Shown: positions 12,481 to 24,859, counted from the first letter of the stretch. The stretch is DNA of 64,000 nt from Antechinus flavipes (GCF_016432865.1 NC_067403.1:183644001-183708000), one strand, 5' to 3'. A program made the numbers and translations. The notes: a model not told the origin generated them from the letters alone.

Positions 12481-13020
12481 GCTTCCAAAGGTCACCAACA
12501 TGAACATAATAGTAACTTGGTATAAAAGCAGATATGGATGAAGAAGATCATAAGTTTATTATTAAATTCCAAGGAAAGATGAAAATGACTTGTAGACTAG
12601 CCGATTTCAGCAAAAATCTGGGTCTCTCTGATCCACTGACTCTTCTTTGTCATTTCCCTTCCCCTTCTTCAGGAGACTACTGCATATGGTATTTGCCATC
12701 ACTCTCTTTCTCCAGTTAATTCCTTTTTAGATTCTTTTTCTCCATTGGATATAGAGATACCTTCTTTTCTCCCTTTTTTATTCAGATTTCCCCCAGAAAG
12801 TTCTCTCATTCTTTCTTTATTGCATTGGTGAAGCAAAGAATAACACTTGGTAGGACTGGCAGGCACAGGGGCACTATTTAGGAAACAATCAAACTGTGAA
12901 AAGAAAAGTCCATTGAACTCCTGAACTGCAGTGGATTCAAAATGGCGACAACCCAAGCACTGCTGTGAACCATAAAAGAGAAAAGGACATGCACAAGAGA
13001 AAAAGAGGTCAACAAAGATA

Positions 13021-13227
13021 TTGTTTTTTAGTCATTTCAGTTGTGTCCCATTTGGGGTTTTCTTAGAAAAAATAATGAAATGGTTTGTCATTTCCTTCTC
13101 CAGCTCATTTTATAAATGAGAAGCTGAGGCAAATAGGGTTAACTGACTTGCCCAGTTACTTAAGTGTGTGAGGCTGTACTGGAACCCAGGAACAGGAATC
13201 TTCCTGATTCCAGGCCTGACACTGTAC
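13021..13227 (-). mobile_element. MAR1-type SINE
   Basis: agtcatttcagttgtgtc...tttggggttttctt...tggtttgtcatttccttctccagctcatttt. Confidence 0.85.
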
Positions 13228-13959
13228 AATACAACCATTTAGACATTTGTCATAGAAAAGGAGATATAGAAAAGACAGCGACATACACGTAGATGTAGAC
13301 ATAGTTATAGAAAAGGAGAGGGAGGTAGGTCAGAACATGGAGATGGATTCACTAGGGAGAATTCCTAGAGAAATATGGATTAGGATCACAAAAACTGTGA
13401 CAGACAGCAAAAATGGATTCCATCTGGATCATGGGACATAGTGCCCACACTGATGAGTTCTCGTCCACTTAAGCACCAGGTTTTGTCAGGTCTTGTCCTC
13501 CTGTGTTCTCTGCAGTATATACAATAGTCCTGTTGGTTATAAACCTTAAACAAATTTGAGAGGGCAAGAGGAGAAAGTAGCAGGAGGAGCTAACCACCAT
13601 TTACCAAAATGCCTCTGAACAGGTCATTCATCCATTTGTTCCATAAATATTTAGAGCATTAAACCCAGCTGAGCATAGGCCTTTGGAACCCAACCCTTTT
13701 GTACGTCAGGGACTTCCTGCAACACAAAATTCAACGTATTTGCTATAAACACTGAAAAGCCAAGTGCAGAGAAGTGGAGACTTCCAGTACGGAGTAAACA
13801 TCCATTAAAAACCTTCACCTCCCTCTAGCCTAAGGCACGTCCAACCCCACAATGCACCTTTGTCAGCCGCCAAGTCTTGGGCCTGCAGAAGCCAACGTGA
13901 GCCTCATGAAGAGAGGCCGCCTTCCCTCTCCACTGATCTGGATAGCATTAATTTTATGG

Positions 13960-14190
13960 CACACTGGATAGAACACTAGATTTGGTGAAAATGATCTGAA
14001 TTTGAATCCTGCTTCAAATACATTGGCCATGAGACCCTAAGCCTCCTCTCTCAGCCTGTTTCCTTAATTATAAAATGAAGCTATAATAATGGCACCTAAA
14101 ATGCCAAGATTATGGAGAGCATCAAATGAGATGATGTGTCTAAGTGCTCTGTGAACCTTAAAAGGCCATAGAAATGTTAGCTATGATTAT
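13960..14190 (+). mobile_element. MIR-family SINE
   Basis: ggatagaacactagatttgg...tttgaatcctgcttc...tttccttaattataaaatgaag...ctgtgaaccttaaaaggccatagaaatgttagctat. Confidence 0.8.
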
Positions 14191-14529
14191 CATCATTAGG
14201 GCCCAAGAGTGAGTGTGAAACCTGAAGGTACACAGAGTTAAATAATTAATTTCCAGAGTAACTTGGAGTCTCACATCTATAGCTTTTATAGGGAAGACCC
14301 AAAGGCAAGAAGTTCACAAGCAGCTCGTGTCCTGGGAGACCTGAGGAAACCATAGAACTCTTACTTGATTTCAGAACTCTTACTTGATTTCACAATTAGA
14401 TCTTTCTTTCTTAAAGAGGCTGTGGCCACCAACAAGGTTGGTTAGTTTCTCTACAATGTTTACCAAACAGTTAGAGATGAGTCACTCAATAGAAACACCA
14501 AGGACCTTTGGGCAGTCCCACCTCAGAGC

Positions 14530-15062
14530 TCCTGCTGTCCCCCCCCGGAATGCCCTCTGCACCAGCTGAATCCCCACTCATCTTTGGAAGGCTATATCAA
14601 AGGCCGCCTCCACCGGGAAACCTTCCCAGATTAAGGCAACCAGGTAAGTGACAATCTCCCAGAGCACTGTGCTTGGTGCTTGTGATGTAACAATGTATCA
14701 GAGTCATCTCTGCTTGGATCACATCCTCTTTTACTCTTACATAAGGGTCTTGACTATATTTGTGACAATATCTCAGAGCACTGTACTTGGCCCTTATGAT
14801 GTAACAATGTATCAGTCATCTCTGCTTGGCTCACTCCTCTCACTCTATACAAGGGTCTCGACTATATTTGTGACAATCTCTCAGAGCACTGTACTTGGCC
14901 CTTGTGATGTAACAATGTATCAGTCATCTCTACTTGGCTCACATCCTCTCACTCTACACCAGGGTCTGGACTATATTTCCTATCTTTCCAGATAATTGGT
15001 ACAGTACACCATATGTGGCGGGCATTTAATAATAAACGAATCAACAAATGAATGAATGAATC
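14530..15062 (+). mobile_element. L2 3' end hosting an internal tandem triplication
   Basis: gccgcctccaccgggaaaccttccc lies before the repeat; catttaataataaacgaatcaacaaatgaatgaatgaa (L2 tail) lies after it. Confidence 0.65.
14648..14978. repeat. Tandem repeat, 108-114-bp unit x3
   Basis: Unit gtgacaatctcccagagcactgt...gactatattt restarts at 14648, 14762 and 14870. Confidence 0.95.
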
Positions 15063-15579
15063 AGTTGACATATGAGCAAATGGAGAAACTAATGATAGAC
15101 TAGGTTTACAAGCACTTAACTGTTTAAAAAGTCATTTTTTTCCCCTTCAAAATGCTGCAGGGAAGAAATGTCATAATTGAAAAAAAGCTCAATTTTACAA
15201 CTGAGGAAACTGAGCTTCAGGGACTTATTTGCCCAAAGTCACAGAGATAGCAAATGACAGCTCCCAGAGATGAAAGCCCTTCCATCACACTCTCCCTGGC
15301 TCGCCACCAAAAGCAATGGAACACAGAGATGCAAGGCTCAGAAGTTATATCCTATTCTCTATCATTAAGAGTGAATGCTTGCTTGTCCTTCAGGTTGTAA
15401 TTAATAAAAGATCTGATATCCTGGGACTCCTAGTAAAAGGACACTATCCAGAATGGCCAGGACCCAATTGGACCCAGCCCATCATCATAGGAGTACAGGA
15501 GCCACTCATTCACCAAGCTCTCTAGCCCACTCTCACTGACCTCTCCCAGGGCCTACCTTTCCCCTTCTGGGGAATTAAT

Positions 15580-15733
15580 GGGGGGTAGCTAGATGGTGCG
15601 GTGGATAAGTGCTAGCCCTGAAGTCAGGAGGACCTAAGTTCAAATCCAGCTTCAGATACTTAATACTTCCTAGCCATGTGAACCTAGGCAAGTCACTTAA
15701 CCCCAACTGCCTCAGCTTAAAAAAAAAAAAAAA
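15580..15733 (+). mobile_element. WSINE1-type SINE with poly(A)
   Basis: ggggg(t)agctagatggtgcggtggataagtgctagccctgaagtcaggaggacctaagttcaaat...ggcaagtcacttaaccccaactgcctcag followed by an A tail. Confidence 0.9.
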
Positions 15734-15737
15734 GAAT

Positions 15738-15828
15738 AATGTTTGGGTTATGCAGAAGTCAATGTTGGAAAAATTACCCATGGATATGCTTTGTGAATAA
15801 AAAGCTTTAATTTAAAAAAAAAAAAAAT
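15738..15828 (+). mobile_element. Young L1 extreme 3' end with poly(A)
   Basis: gtcaatgttggaaaaattacccat...aataaaaagctttaatttaaaaaa; the same tail occurs at 37120-37185. Confidence 0.85.
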
Positions 15829-15880
15829 TCCCCATGTCCGGGAAGCCCTTATGGCTCCTTGAGAAGAGTTAAAAAAAAAA

Positions 15881-16080
15881 AAAAAGTATTCTCTGTCTCT
15901 CCATGTCTGTCTCTATCTCTGTCTCTCTGTGTTTCTTTCTGTATGTCTGTCTCTCTGTCTTTATCTCTCTCTATGTGGTTTCACCAACCACTGGAAATTA
16001 TGTCTGTCTCTGTCTCTGTGTCTCTTTCTCTCTGTCTCCATCTGTCTCTCTCTATGTAGTTTCACCAAACACTGGAAATT
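15881..16080. repeat. (TC/TCTG)n microsatellite complex with a duplicated spacer
   Basis: CT-rich runs separated by two copies of ctctctctatgt(g/a)gtttcaccaa(c/a)cactggaaatta. Confidence 0.9.
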
Positions 16081-16130
16081 AATTACTCTGACATTGATAA
16101 CCAGGATAGAGCCTGGACTTCTGAGTTGAC

Positions 16131-16340
16131 TAGAGTAGATCTTTTTAAAGTTTTTTTACTTATTACTACTCATTTTTGTCCCAAGAATTTTTAACATGGC
16201 CCCAGGTAAATAGGCATAGAAAATAGGTATAGAAATTAAGCATTTAATGATTTAAAAAAATCCTAATTTCACAGCCCTTACATTCAATTACAAGAGCTTA
16301 TATGGGGTTGCAAACCACAATTTAAGAAGCTGGGACCTAG
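16131..16340. mobile_element. hAT-type non-autonomous DNA transposon (MITE)
   Basis: Right end ggggttgcaaaccacaatttaagaagctg, degenerate left TIR, and ctag-centred flanks (gactagag / gacctagag) typical of hAT-Charlie targets. Confidence 0.65.
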
Positions 16341-17647
16341 AGAACTAACTCCAAAGGGATAAAACTGCCTCTATCAATCATTATCCCTTTTCAGCATGTT
16401 AGAGATTAATCATTTGATTGGGGCACTGAGGGTTGAGGTGACAGGCCATTCAGAAGTAGGACTGAATTCAAGTGCAGGCATTGTAGACGGACTAGGCTAA
16501 GAACAGCAAAAATGAAAGGCCCTTCTCCTGGACACAGTAACCTCTCCCTTCCCTCTCCCCACCCCCCCCCCTTTTTTTTTAGCACTACCAGGATTTTTTC
16601 TGACTATGCAAAGGATAAGGATGCAAAGTCTAGGAATACCAACATCTCTAAAGAACCAAAGAAACAGCTCAGCTAATAGGCAAGTCAGTGGAGGAGTACC
16701 AAATAAGAGGCAGCAAGCCCACTGCTGTCAACAGAGTAAGGAAGGGGGGGGAAAGAAGGCACTAAGGGAGACTAGATAAAAGTAGAAGTTATTTGAGAAA
16801 TATGTGATCATAAAAGGCCCCAGGTTTAAGGCCTCTTCCACAGAACTGACATTTTACAGTCAGATATGGAAAAGATTATAGACTAGTCATCTCAGAAGAT
16901 GGATAAATAATGAAGAGTTCTAGAGCTCAGCTGTTAGCCACCCAATAGCAATAGATGTACAGGAAACTCACTCCTTTAGAAGGATTTCAGGAAGGTCCTG
17001 GACAATAGAAAGAGATGGTGCAGAGAGGCTATGGTCTGCACTCCCGGGGTGAATTTTCTTAAATGGGACAGTCAAGGAAACATCTAAAGGGGGAAGGAGA
17101 ATGAATCTTCTTCAGCGCAGCTGGGAGGTAGCCAGGCTGTGAATTTCACTGGGCTCAGGAAATGTGAGCCGGAAGGATTATTATAGTGTTAATAATGTCC
17201 AGCCCATTCTGCAGAAGGCCACAAAATGCTCTCTAAGGATTACCCAATTCAAGAGAATGCTGAGTTCTGCAGCACCTCATACTCAGTGCTGACATGGGGG
17301 GGAAAGTTATTGGCATTATTTCATGAAACTAGAAACAGATTTAATGTTTTCCACTTTTATAAATTCCAAATAGCTTGGGCTTTTTTCAAAACTGATTGCC
17401 CCCATCCCTTAAAGAAGTCCTGAAGGACCTAGACAAAGAGTATTTGGAGAAGGTCAAAGGCCTTCTTCTGAACTAGGTACACCAGGCTTCTCATCTTCCA
17501 GTGGGGAGTAGGGCTGAAACCAAAAGCAACTGGGTATCTATGTCCTATTAGGACCCCAAAAAGACTATTAAAAGCAATCTTGTTCTCAAATTCACCAGTT
17601 TCTTCTCATTCATATTCTTGCTCTCTCATTATGAAATGAGTAATGAT

Positions 17648-17745
17648 TTTTTAAAAAATTATTTGAATATTTTATTTTTCCCCAATGTAAAAAAGTTTCA
17701 ACATTCATTTTTTAAATTAAGTTCCAAATTTTCTCTCTCCTTCCC
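17648..17745 (-). mobile_element. L1 extreme 3' end
   Basis: T tract, then ttttatttttccccaa...gtttcaacattcatttttt...ttccaaattttctctctcc. Confidence 0.7.
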
Positions 17746-18300
17746 CACTCCCATTCTGAATGGCTATTTCTAAGAGTCCAGCTCCCCTTTACTAAGACAG
17801 CAAATCCCAAGACTAGCAGAGAATGTACTTGCTTTCAGAGCTTCAGCGTCCTCCTCATCTGCTCAGCCTGCCTTATCACTCAGTTGTGATGAAAACTTCT
17901 GGGTATCCAAGTGTTATTAGTGACCTTGTATGACTTGACTTTAGGATTGGGAGGGGGAGCATAGGGATGCTCATAAAGGCACAGTTCAGCAGGGAGGTCC
18001 TAAAATAGCTGCTTTTTCCATGACAAATGATCATGTGCTCCCTAAATTTTTTCATCCAGGATAAACACAAACTTTCATGCTTTTCTTTGCAAGTTCTTTG
18101 ATCTCTTTGTCATCTTGATTACTTGTCATCTGGTCAATGGTACAACTGGCTGGCACTTCTGAGACCTTGACCAGAGATCTTACCTCCAGTACTACTGGTA
18201 CTATGCCGGTATAACCAAGTCCAGGACCTCAAGTTTCCTCTTGGAGATTGAACATCATGATTTCTAAGATCCTTTAAAGATTTAAATCTGTGAACTGATG

Positions 18301-19050
18301 CAACCATTCTGGAGAGCTACTTGGTATTATGCCCAAAGGGCTATCAAACTGTGCATACCTTTTGATCCAACAGTATCTCTACAGGGCTTATATCACAAAG
18401 AGATCTTAAAGGAGGGAAAGAGACCGGTATGTGCAAGAATGTTTGTGGCAGCCCTTTTTGTGGTGGCAAGGAACTAAAAATCGAGTGGACGGCCATCTGT
18501 TGGGGAATGGCTGAATAAGTTATGGTATATGAATGTGATAGAATATTCTATTAGAAAAGATCAGCAGGATGACTTCAGAAAGACTTGGAGAGACTTACGC
18601 AAACTGATGCTGAGTGAAATGAGTGGAACCAAGAGAACATTGTACATAACAACAAGATTATGGAATGATCAACTCTGATGGACATGACTCTTTTCAACAA
18701 TAAGACAATTCAAGCCAATTCCAATAGACTTATGATGCAGAGAGCCATCTGCACCCAGAGAGAGGACTGTGTGGGAACTGAATATGGATCACAACATAGC
18801 ATTTTAACCTTTTTTTGTTATTTGTTTGATTTTTGTTTTCTTTCTCTTTTTTACTTTTTGGATCTGATTTTTTTGTGCAGCATGATAAATGTGGAAATAT
18901 GAATAGAAGAAGTGCACATATTTAATAGATATTGTATTATTTGCTGTCTAGGGGAGGGAGTAGAAGGAAAGGAGAGATAAATTTGGATCACAAGATTCTG
19001 CAAGGTTGAATGTTGAAGACTATCTTTGCATATATTTTGAAAATGAAAAG
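18301..19050 (+). mobile_element. L1 ORF2 C-terminus and 3'UTR, decayed
   Basis: caaccattctggagagc...atgcccaaagggctatcaaactgtgcataccttttgatcca...ggggaatggctgaataagttatggtatatgaatg. Confidence 0.92.
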
Positions 19051-19051
19051 T

Positions 19052-19132
19052 GGGGCAGCTAGGTGGCACAGTGGATAGAGCACCAGCCCTGAAGTTAGGA
19101 GGACCTGTGTTCAAATCTAGTCTCAAACACTT
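19052..19132 (+). mobile_element. WSINE1-type SINE 5' half, running into a gap
   Basis: ggggcagctaggtggcacagtggatagagcaccagccctgaagttaggaggacc. Confidence 0.88.
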
Positions 19133-19323
19133 NNNNNNNNNNNNNNNNNNNNNNNNNNNNNNNNNNNNNNNNNNNNNNNNNNNNNNNNNNNNNNNNNNNN
19201 NNNNNNNNNNNNNNNNNNNNNNNNNNNNNNNNNNNNNNNNNNNNNNNNNNNNNNNNNNNNNNNNNNNNNNNNNNNNNNNNNNNNNNNNNNNNNNNNNNNN
19301 NNNNNNNNNNNNNNNNNNNNNNN
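19133..19323. other. Assembly gap (191 N)
   Basis: Run of N. Confidence 1.
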
Positions 19324-19402
19324 TACTGTGAAACTGAATCTATCAACTCATTTCAAATTCCATATGTGGTACTTGCCATTTGCAATCTCAGGGGAAATCA
19401 CT

Positions 19403-19625
19403 TGCTGTTGTTGTTGAGTTCTTTCAGCTGGATCTCACTTTTCATGACCCCATCTGGGGTTTTCTTGGCAAAAGAACTGGAATGGTTTGCCATTTCCATT
19501 TCCAGCTCATTTTACAGATGAAGAAACTAAGGCAAACAGGGTTAAGTGATTTACCCAATGTCACATAGCTAGTATCTGGGGCCAGATCTGAAAGATGATG
19601 AGTCTTCCTGACCCCAAGACCAGTA
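19403..19625 (-). mobile_element. MAR1-type SINE
   Basis: gttgttgttgagttctttcagc...tggggttttcttggcaaaagaactggaatggtttgccatttcc. Confidence 0.88.
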
Positions 19626-19689
19626 TTCTATCCAATGTACATGTAGTTGCCCCCCCCCCAATCACTTAACCTTAGTTCCCTCATCTACA

Positions 19690-20500
19690 AAAGACATTCA
19701 TTAGAACCCCCATTTAGAATCCCTAACCCTAAAACCTATGCTCCTAGAAGACTTCTCTGGGACCATTCTATAGCCTTTTCTCCTTCTTCTACTATCACTC
19801 AGCAACTTCCCTTCCTTGGAGAGTTCCACTACCCAAATTAAACACACAAGCCAGATCCTGGAGTAGCCATTATTTACTGACTTGCTAGGACACTCGCCTT
19901 CCATTCACAATGAGTTCATTGCCTGGCTTAGAGTTGTTCTCTCCTCCCTAAATCCTGCTTTCATTACTGGGAGACTTGATATTCCTCCCAGTACTCTAAT
20001 TTCCCTAATCTACTCAGTTTCCATAACCTATTCCTACACATAGGAATGTCCCTCATGTCCCCTTGCCATCACCCTCGAGGTTCCATCTTCACCAATTCAC
20101 AAATCCCTTTACCTTATCATAAGCTTATAATATGACATCTTCCCCTGCACCCTATAACTCCTAACCATATTCTCTTCCTGACCAGGACCCCTAATTTCAT
20201 CATCCCCCAGTTCTTTCCCAGGCCATCACTTGAACTGGATGAATTCTCTTCCCTTCTTTATCCTGACCCTCTGGTGAACCAGTTCTTCATCATCTCCAGG
20301 GTCTCAAATCCCTTGACCTTTTGCTTAAAAACCAAACACACCTGACCATACTCCCACCCTGGTCTACTACCACCATCCATCCATCTTTTTTTGCTTCTGC
20401 TGCCAAACAAAACTGAAGGAAATCACTAAGTGTACTGACAGGGCTCTATAGATTTATGCTATATATAATCCTAACGGGGCCCTCATCTGCCAAACCTGAT
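19690..20500 (+). mobile_element. L2 LINE endonuclease-region relic
   Basis: Pyrimidine-rich sense L2. ctgggagacttgatatt corresponds to the APE-endonuclease GDFNI motif. Confidence 0.7.
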
Positions 20501-20639
20501 AGCCTTTGATAAACAATGCACATAAATAACACATCCCCTCTCAGATTTGCACAACCCATACTCACACCCACAGATGTACAACACACTTCTCAGATTTGCA
20601 CATATCCACACTCATATACATAATCCTTCAGATTTGATG

Positions 20640-20945
20640 CAAAGCAAAATAAGCACAACAAGGAAAACAATCAAAGAACAGGAAAGAACAAGATAAAATA
20701 AGAATGAATGCTGTGTGACTAGAATGACTTGGCAACAGAGAAAAAGATGAAAAAAATGCAGAGGTGGGGGGCTGTGGGTATGTATTGTTGGGTCCAGCTA
20801 ATGTGCAGATCTGATTGCTTTCTTTATTTTTTGATACAAGGAATTTCTCCTGAGATGAAGAGAAAAGAATATATTTGAAAATGAAGGTACACCTCTCAAA
20901 TTAAAATCTAGGAATAAAAGTTAAAATTAAAAAAAAAAAAAAAAG
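20640..20945 (+). mobile_element. Old L1 3'UTR with poly(A)
   Basis: gaatgctgtgtgactagaatgac...gaggtggggggctgtgggtatg...atatttgaaaatgaagg, then an A tail. Confidence 0.7.
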
Positions 20946-21632
20946 CCCAGGACAATGAAGTAATACCTCTCACAAGTCAGAGAATAAATTCAGTCAGCAG
21001 CAAATGACTCACCAGAGAATCTGAGACAAAACTGATGAATATGAATGTATAAAAAGAATCGAACTTTTTTTGCACTATAAAAAACAATGCCCTTAGAATA
21101 AAAAACCAACTCTGGGGAAAATATATTTTTGTCAAACACTTCCCATAAAGTCTGCTAATGTTTAAAAAAATTGACTCAAATGTATCAGGGCAAAGGGGGC
21201 CCTTTGTTGTTTCTTCAGAGATAAGGGACTAAACAGATAAGGAGAGGCCTCTCTCCAAATTCAGCCCAGAGGAAAAACAAACATCAAGAATTCCAAGAAC
21301 TCTTGGGAAGACTCAGACTGAAATAAGAGGAACAACCAGGCTGGTATTGGCGACAGCTATTTGAACCAAGATATAACCAAGCCCCAAGATTCAGATTAAA
21401 CAAAGGGTAAAACAAAGGGGCAACTTTGCCAAAGTTTAAGTACAAGTGGTCAGTTTGTTTTTTTTTAAATCAACAAATTACAAAAGTTTAGCAATTACAC
21501 ATTTCCAACAGATTGCATACATTGTTAGTTATAAACATTCTTGGGGATTTTTGGCTTAATGATTTTCAAGAATTATAGATTGTTTTGTATTTATGAGTTT
21601 GGTTAAAATTTTTATCAGTAAGAAAGGAATAA

Positions 21633-21801
21633 GGGGGCAGTTAGATGGCATAATGGATAGAGTGCCAGCCCTGAAGTCGGGAGGACCAGAGTTCAAATTT
21701 GGCCTCTCAGATACTTAACAGTGTTCCTAGCTGTGTGATCCTAGGCAAGTCACTTAACCCCAACTGCTTCAGCCAAAAAAAAAAGAAAAAAGAAAAAGAA
21801 A
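21633..21801 (+). mobile_element. WSINE1-type SINE with A-rich tail
   Basis: gggggcagttagatggcataatggatagagtgccagccctgaagtcgggaggacc...ccccaactgcttcagccaaaaa. Confidence 0.9.
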
Positions 21802-21829
21802 GTAGTAGTAATTAATTACCAAAAAAGTT

Positions 21830-22420
21830 CTTAGAATCTCTAGTCAGAGGAATTCAAATTAAAAGCATCTTGAGAGGCTATACAATTTGCTGACACCCAG
21901 AAAATTGGCAAATTTGATGATGTTAATGTAGCTATTAAAGGAAAATTGTTCATGTTGGTGGATTGAGTACTGAGTACTGGTTTATGTTTTCCAGAAAACA
22001 ATGTGGAATAACTAAATAGAAATAAAAATCTGCATACCCCTTGACCCGATGGTCCTAATAATGGGACCATCACTCAAAGAAGCTTTTAACAAGGAAAAGA
22101 AAAGTACCGATATACAGCTAGCATCACTTTTTTTTTAAATGGCATTTTATTTTTTCAATTACATGAAAAAATAGTTTTCAGCATTCTCCTTCACAAAACC
22201 TTGTGCTTCAATTTTTTTTCCCTCTTCCCTCCACTCTCTCCCTTCTATCTCCCCTAGACAGCAAGCAATCTTATACAGGTTAAACATGTGAAGTTCTTCT
22301 AAACATATTTCCATATTCATTATCGCATCACTTTTTAAAAGAGTAAAACATAAAAGAAATTAGGGCTCCAAAATATTAGGGAATGAATGGCTAAACAAAT
22401 GGTGCTGAATGAATATAGGA
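21830..22420 (+). mobile_element. Old L1 ORF2 C-terminal fragment, interrupted by a younger L1
   Basis: gaattcaaattaaaagcatcttgag...gacacccagaaaattggcaaa...tgcataccccttgaccc, resuming after 22336. Confidence 0.7.
22133..22324 (-). mobile_element. 5'-truncated L1 tail with 12-bp TSD
   Basis: TSD gcatcacttttt at 22121-22132 and 22325-22336. The empty site reads ...ttttt/aaaa, the L1 endonuclease consensus. Confidence 0.9.
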
Positions 22421-22519
22421 TTTTATTTTAGGTGATACAGAGTAAAGACAGCTAAATATAGAAGTAAATAAAACATTATACACTAGCAGGAAGAAACCTA
22501 AAACATCTACATAAGAAAG

Positions 22520-23035
22520 AAGGTCTTCTGGTGATAGCAAAGAATTGGAAATCAAGGGGATGGCCGACAACTAGGGAGTGGATAAACAAGTTGTGGTATA
22601 TGTATATAATGGAATACTTTTGTGCCATAAGAAAGGATGAGCAAGATGATTTCAGAAAATAGCTGGAAAGACTTAAATGAACTGATGCTGAGTGAAGTGA
22701 GCAGAATCAGGATATTGTAAATAGTAATCGCAATACTATAAGAATAATCAAATGTGAAAGACTTAGATACTCTGATCAAGACAATAATCCATGACAGTTC
22801 TGAAGGATTCATGATGGAAAATGCCACATATCTCCAAAGAACTGATGAATTCTGAGTGAAAAATGAAGCACATTTTCACTTTTTTGCAATATGACTAATA
22901 TGGAAATATGTTTTGCATGATTTCAGATGTATAATTGATACCGTATTGCTTGCCTTCTCAATGAATGAGGGAGGGGCTGGAGGGGAGAAAATCTAGAACT
23001 CAAAAATTGTTTTTATGAATGTTAAATAAATAATC
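22520..23035 (+). mobile_element. L1 ORF2 end and 3'UTR
   Basis: gatagcaaagaattggaaatcaaggggatggccgacaactagggagtggataaacaagttgtggtatatg. Confidence 0.88.
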
Positions 23036-24859
23036 ATGGGGAGGGGGTTGGCAGATGGAAAGAAAAGACAGAAATTTTCGGGCAGTAGAAACATAAACCA
23101 TGGAGCTACTTCTGTAATCAAGTCCATATACAGCTCTTTTTGGTTGTGATTAAGGACACTACAATTGAAGCTTACAGCAGACACATCGAGAATTTTCCAA
23201 TTTAATTTTCCTAGTTTCTTTTCTTTTTTTCCCCTCTTGACATATCTGAATGCATGTATCTATCAAGAAAAATCTAAATTTTTCTGTGTGTGTGTGTGTA
23301 TATGTGTGTGTAAGTAAGAACTGTCAAACAGTTCAACTTCCTACCACATCAACAGTAACTCTCAATTCTTTAGCCTGTCATGTCTTCTACAATGTGGGAT
23401 CACAGCATGTCTGTCAGCACCCCCATCAGATTTTCCCTTTTCCTCCCAAGTACAAGCTGATCCTTCATTAGTCAGGTCTCTTGAACTGTGCAGCAAACAT
23501 CCTGAGCTCATTCCCCGCCTTCATCCTAGAGAAATAATCGCCGCTATAAACAGTGGTCATTCTAAGGGGTCTGGTTCAAGCATCACTTCCTTCATGAGGT
23601 CATTCTTCCATTTTTCTCTCTTCCCTGACCTTCCATAGTCCTGCAGCCGGTAGCATCTGGGTTAGCATGTCAATATTGTCTACTGTGACTCATATCCTGA
23701 TGTGGAAGTGACCCCGGTGATTCAAAGGGGACATCGGGGAGGTCCGAAGTCTAGTGGGATGGGAGGGATAGAGGCTTTGTTTCCTGTGGAAGCCCAGCCT
23801 GGCCAAGTCTGAGATGGTATCCCCAGGCTGGATGCCTGTGCAGCTAGCTGGCTGATGAATCTTCTCAATCTCCACACTTCAGGAACACTCTGAACCTACT
23901 ATGACATGAAGAAGATATAGCAAGAGTATCTGAATGAATGAAAACAGATCTCTTGATCAATGAAGTTCAATTCTCTTTTTCATAGGCTTTATTCATCTAA
24001 TTTCCCCAACCAGACACTGAAGGTACTGGTAGAATGGCAATGTCTCACTTGTTCAATTTCTCCCTAACCACACCTGGCCCAGTGGTGAATCCTCAGCCAG
24101 GACTTAATACTTGCTACTTAAAGAAAGGGAAATCTGTATCATAAGCAAAAAAAAGAATCTCTGCCATGTCTATTATTAACATTGTGAAAGATATATTTAT
24201 TGATTGATGATTACGTTTGACAACTGACCAACCAATGTCATCAAGTTATACAAAAACACACCTGTCCTCTTCTGGGAATACTATGCATGGCCAGAGGGAG
24301 AAGGGCTGATCTGGGAAAGACTGGTTTAATAAACACTGCTGGAAGATGACATCAAAGGGGAATTGGATGCAGCAAACCTTCTGACCCCAGATTCCTATCT
24401 TTGTCGAAATCATTATCTTTGGGGGCAGTTTCATGACTCTAAAATCATGGATCACCACGATAACCAATCAATTAGTGACTGACAACTCAAGGGTTATGAA
24501 AAGGCACACAGCACAAGTGGCATAGGAAATCTGAATACAAAGCAAGAAGGGTCCACCAGCTTTACTGGTGCAAAATTTCTTTAAAAGGTATTGAAACTGC
24601 CAGAAGATTTATTGAAGATAAAGCTGCTTAGAGATCTGGGCTATGGACAGTACTTTCTGATTGATTGACTACAAAATAAACATGAGGAGCTCTTGGAGTT
24701 AACTCAGAGGCTTCAGCTGTCAGACGACAAAAGGCAACTCAGAGTTAGGAGAATTAGTTAAAAAGAACAAACTAGAGAACAAACTTGGTTAATTGCCGTT
24801 CTCTTGCTACATCTATGTAAACCTCCTTTTAACTGCTAAATGACCTATGAGTGTCTCAT

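Noticed and set aside
14648-14978. Tandem repeats (also 283-495) as CRISPR-like arrays
   Set aside because: There are no unique spacers, the units are derived from TE fragments, the context is eukaryotic and there are no cas genes.
24300-24400. KDWFNKHCWK resembling L1 ORF2 KDSLFNKWCW
   Set aside because: The match is too short and the flanks do not continue the L1 similarity.
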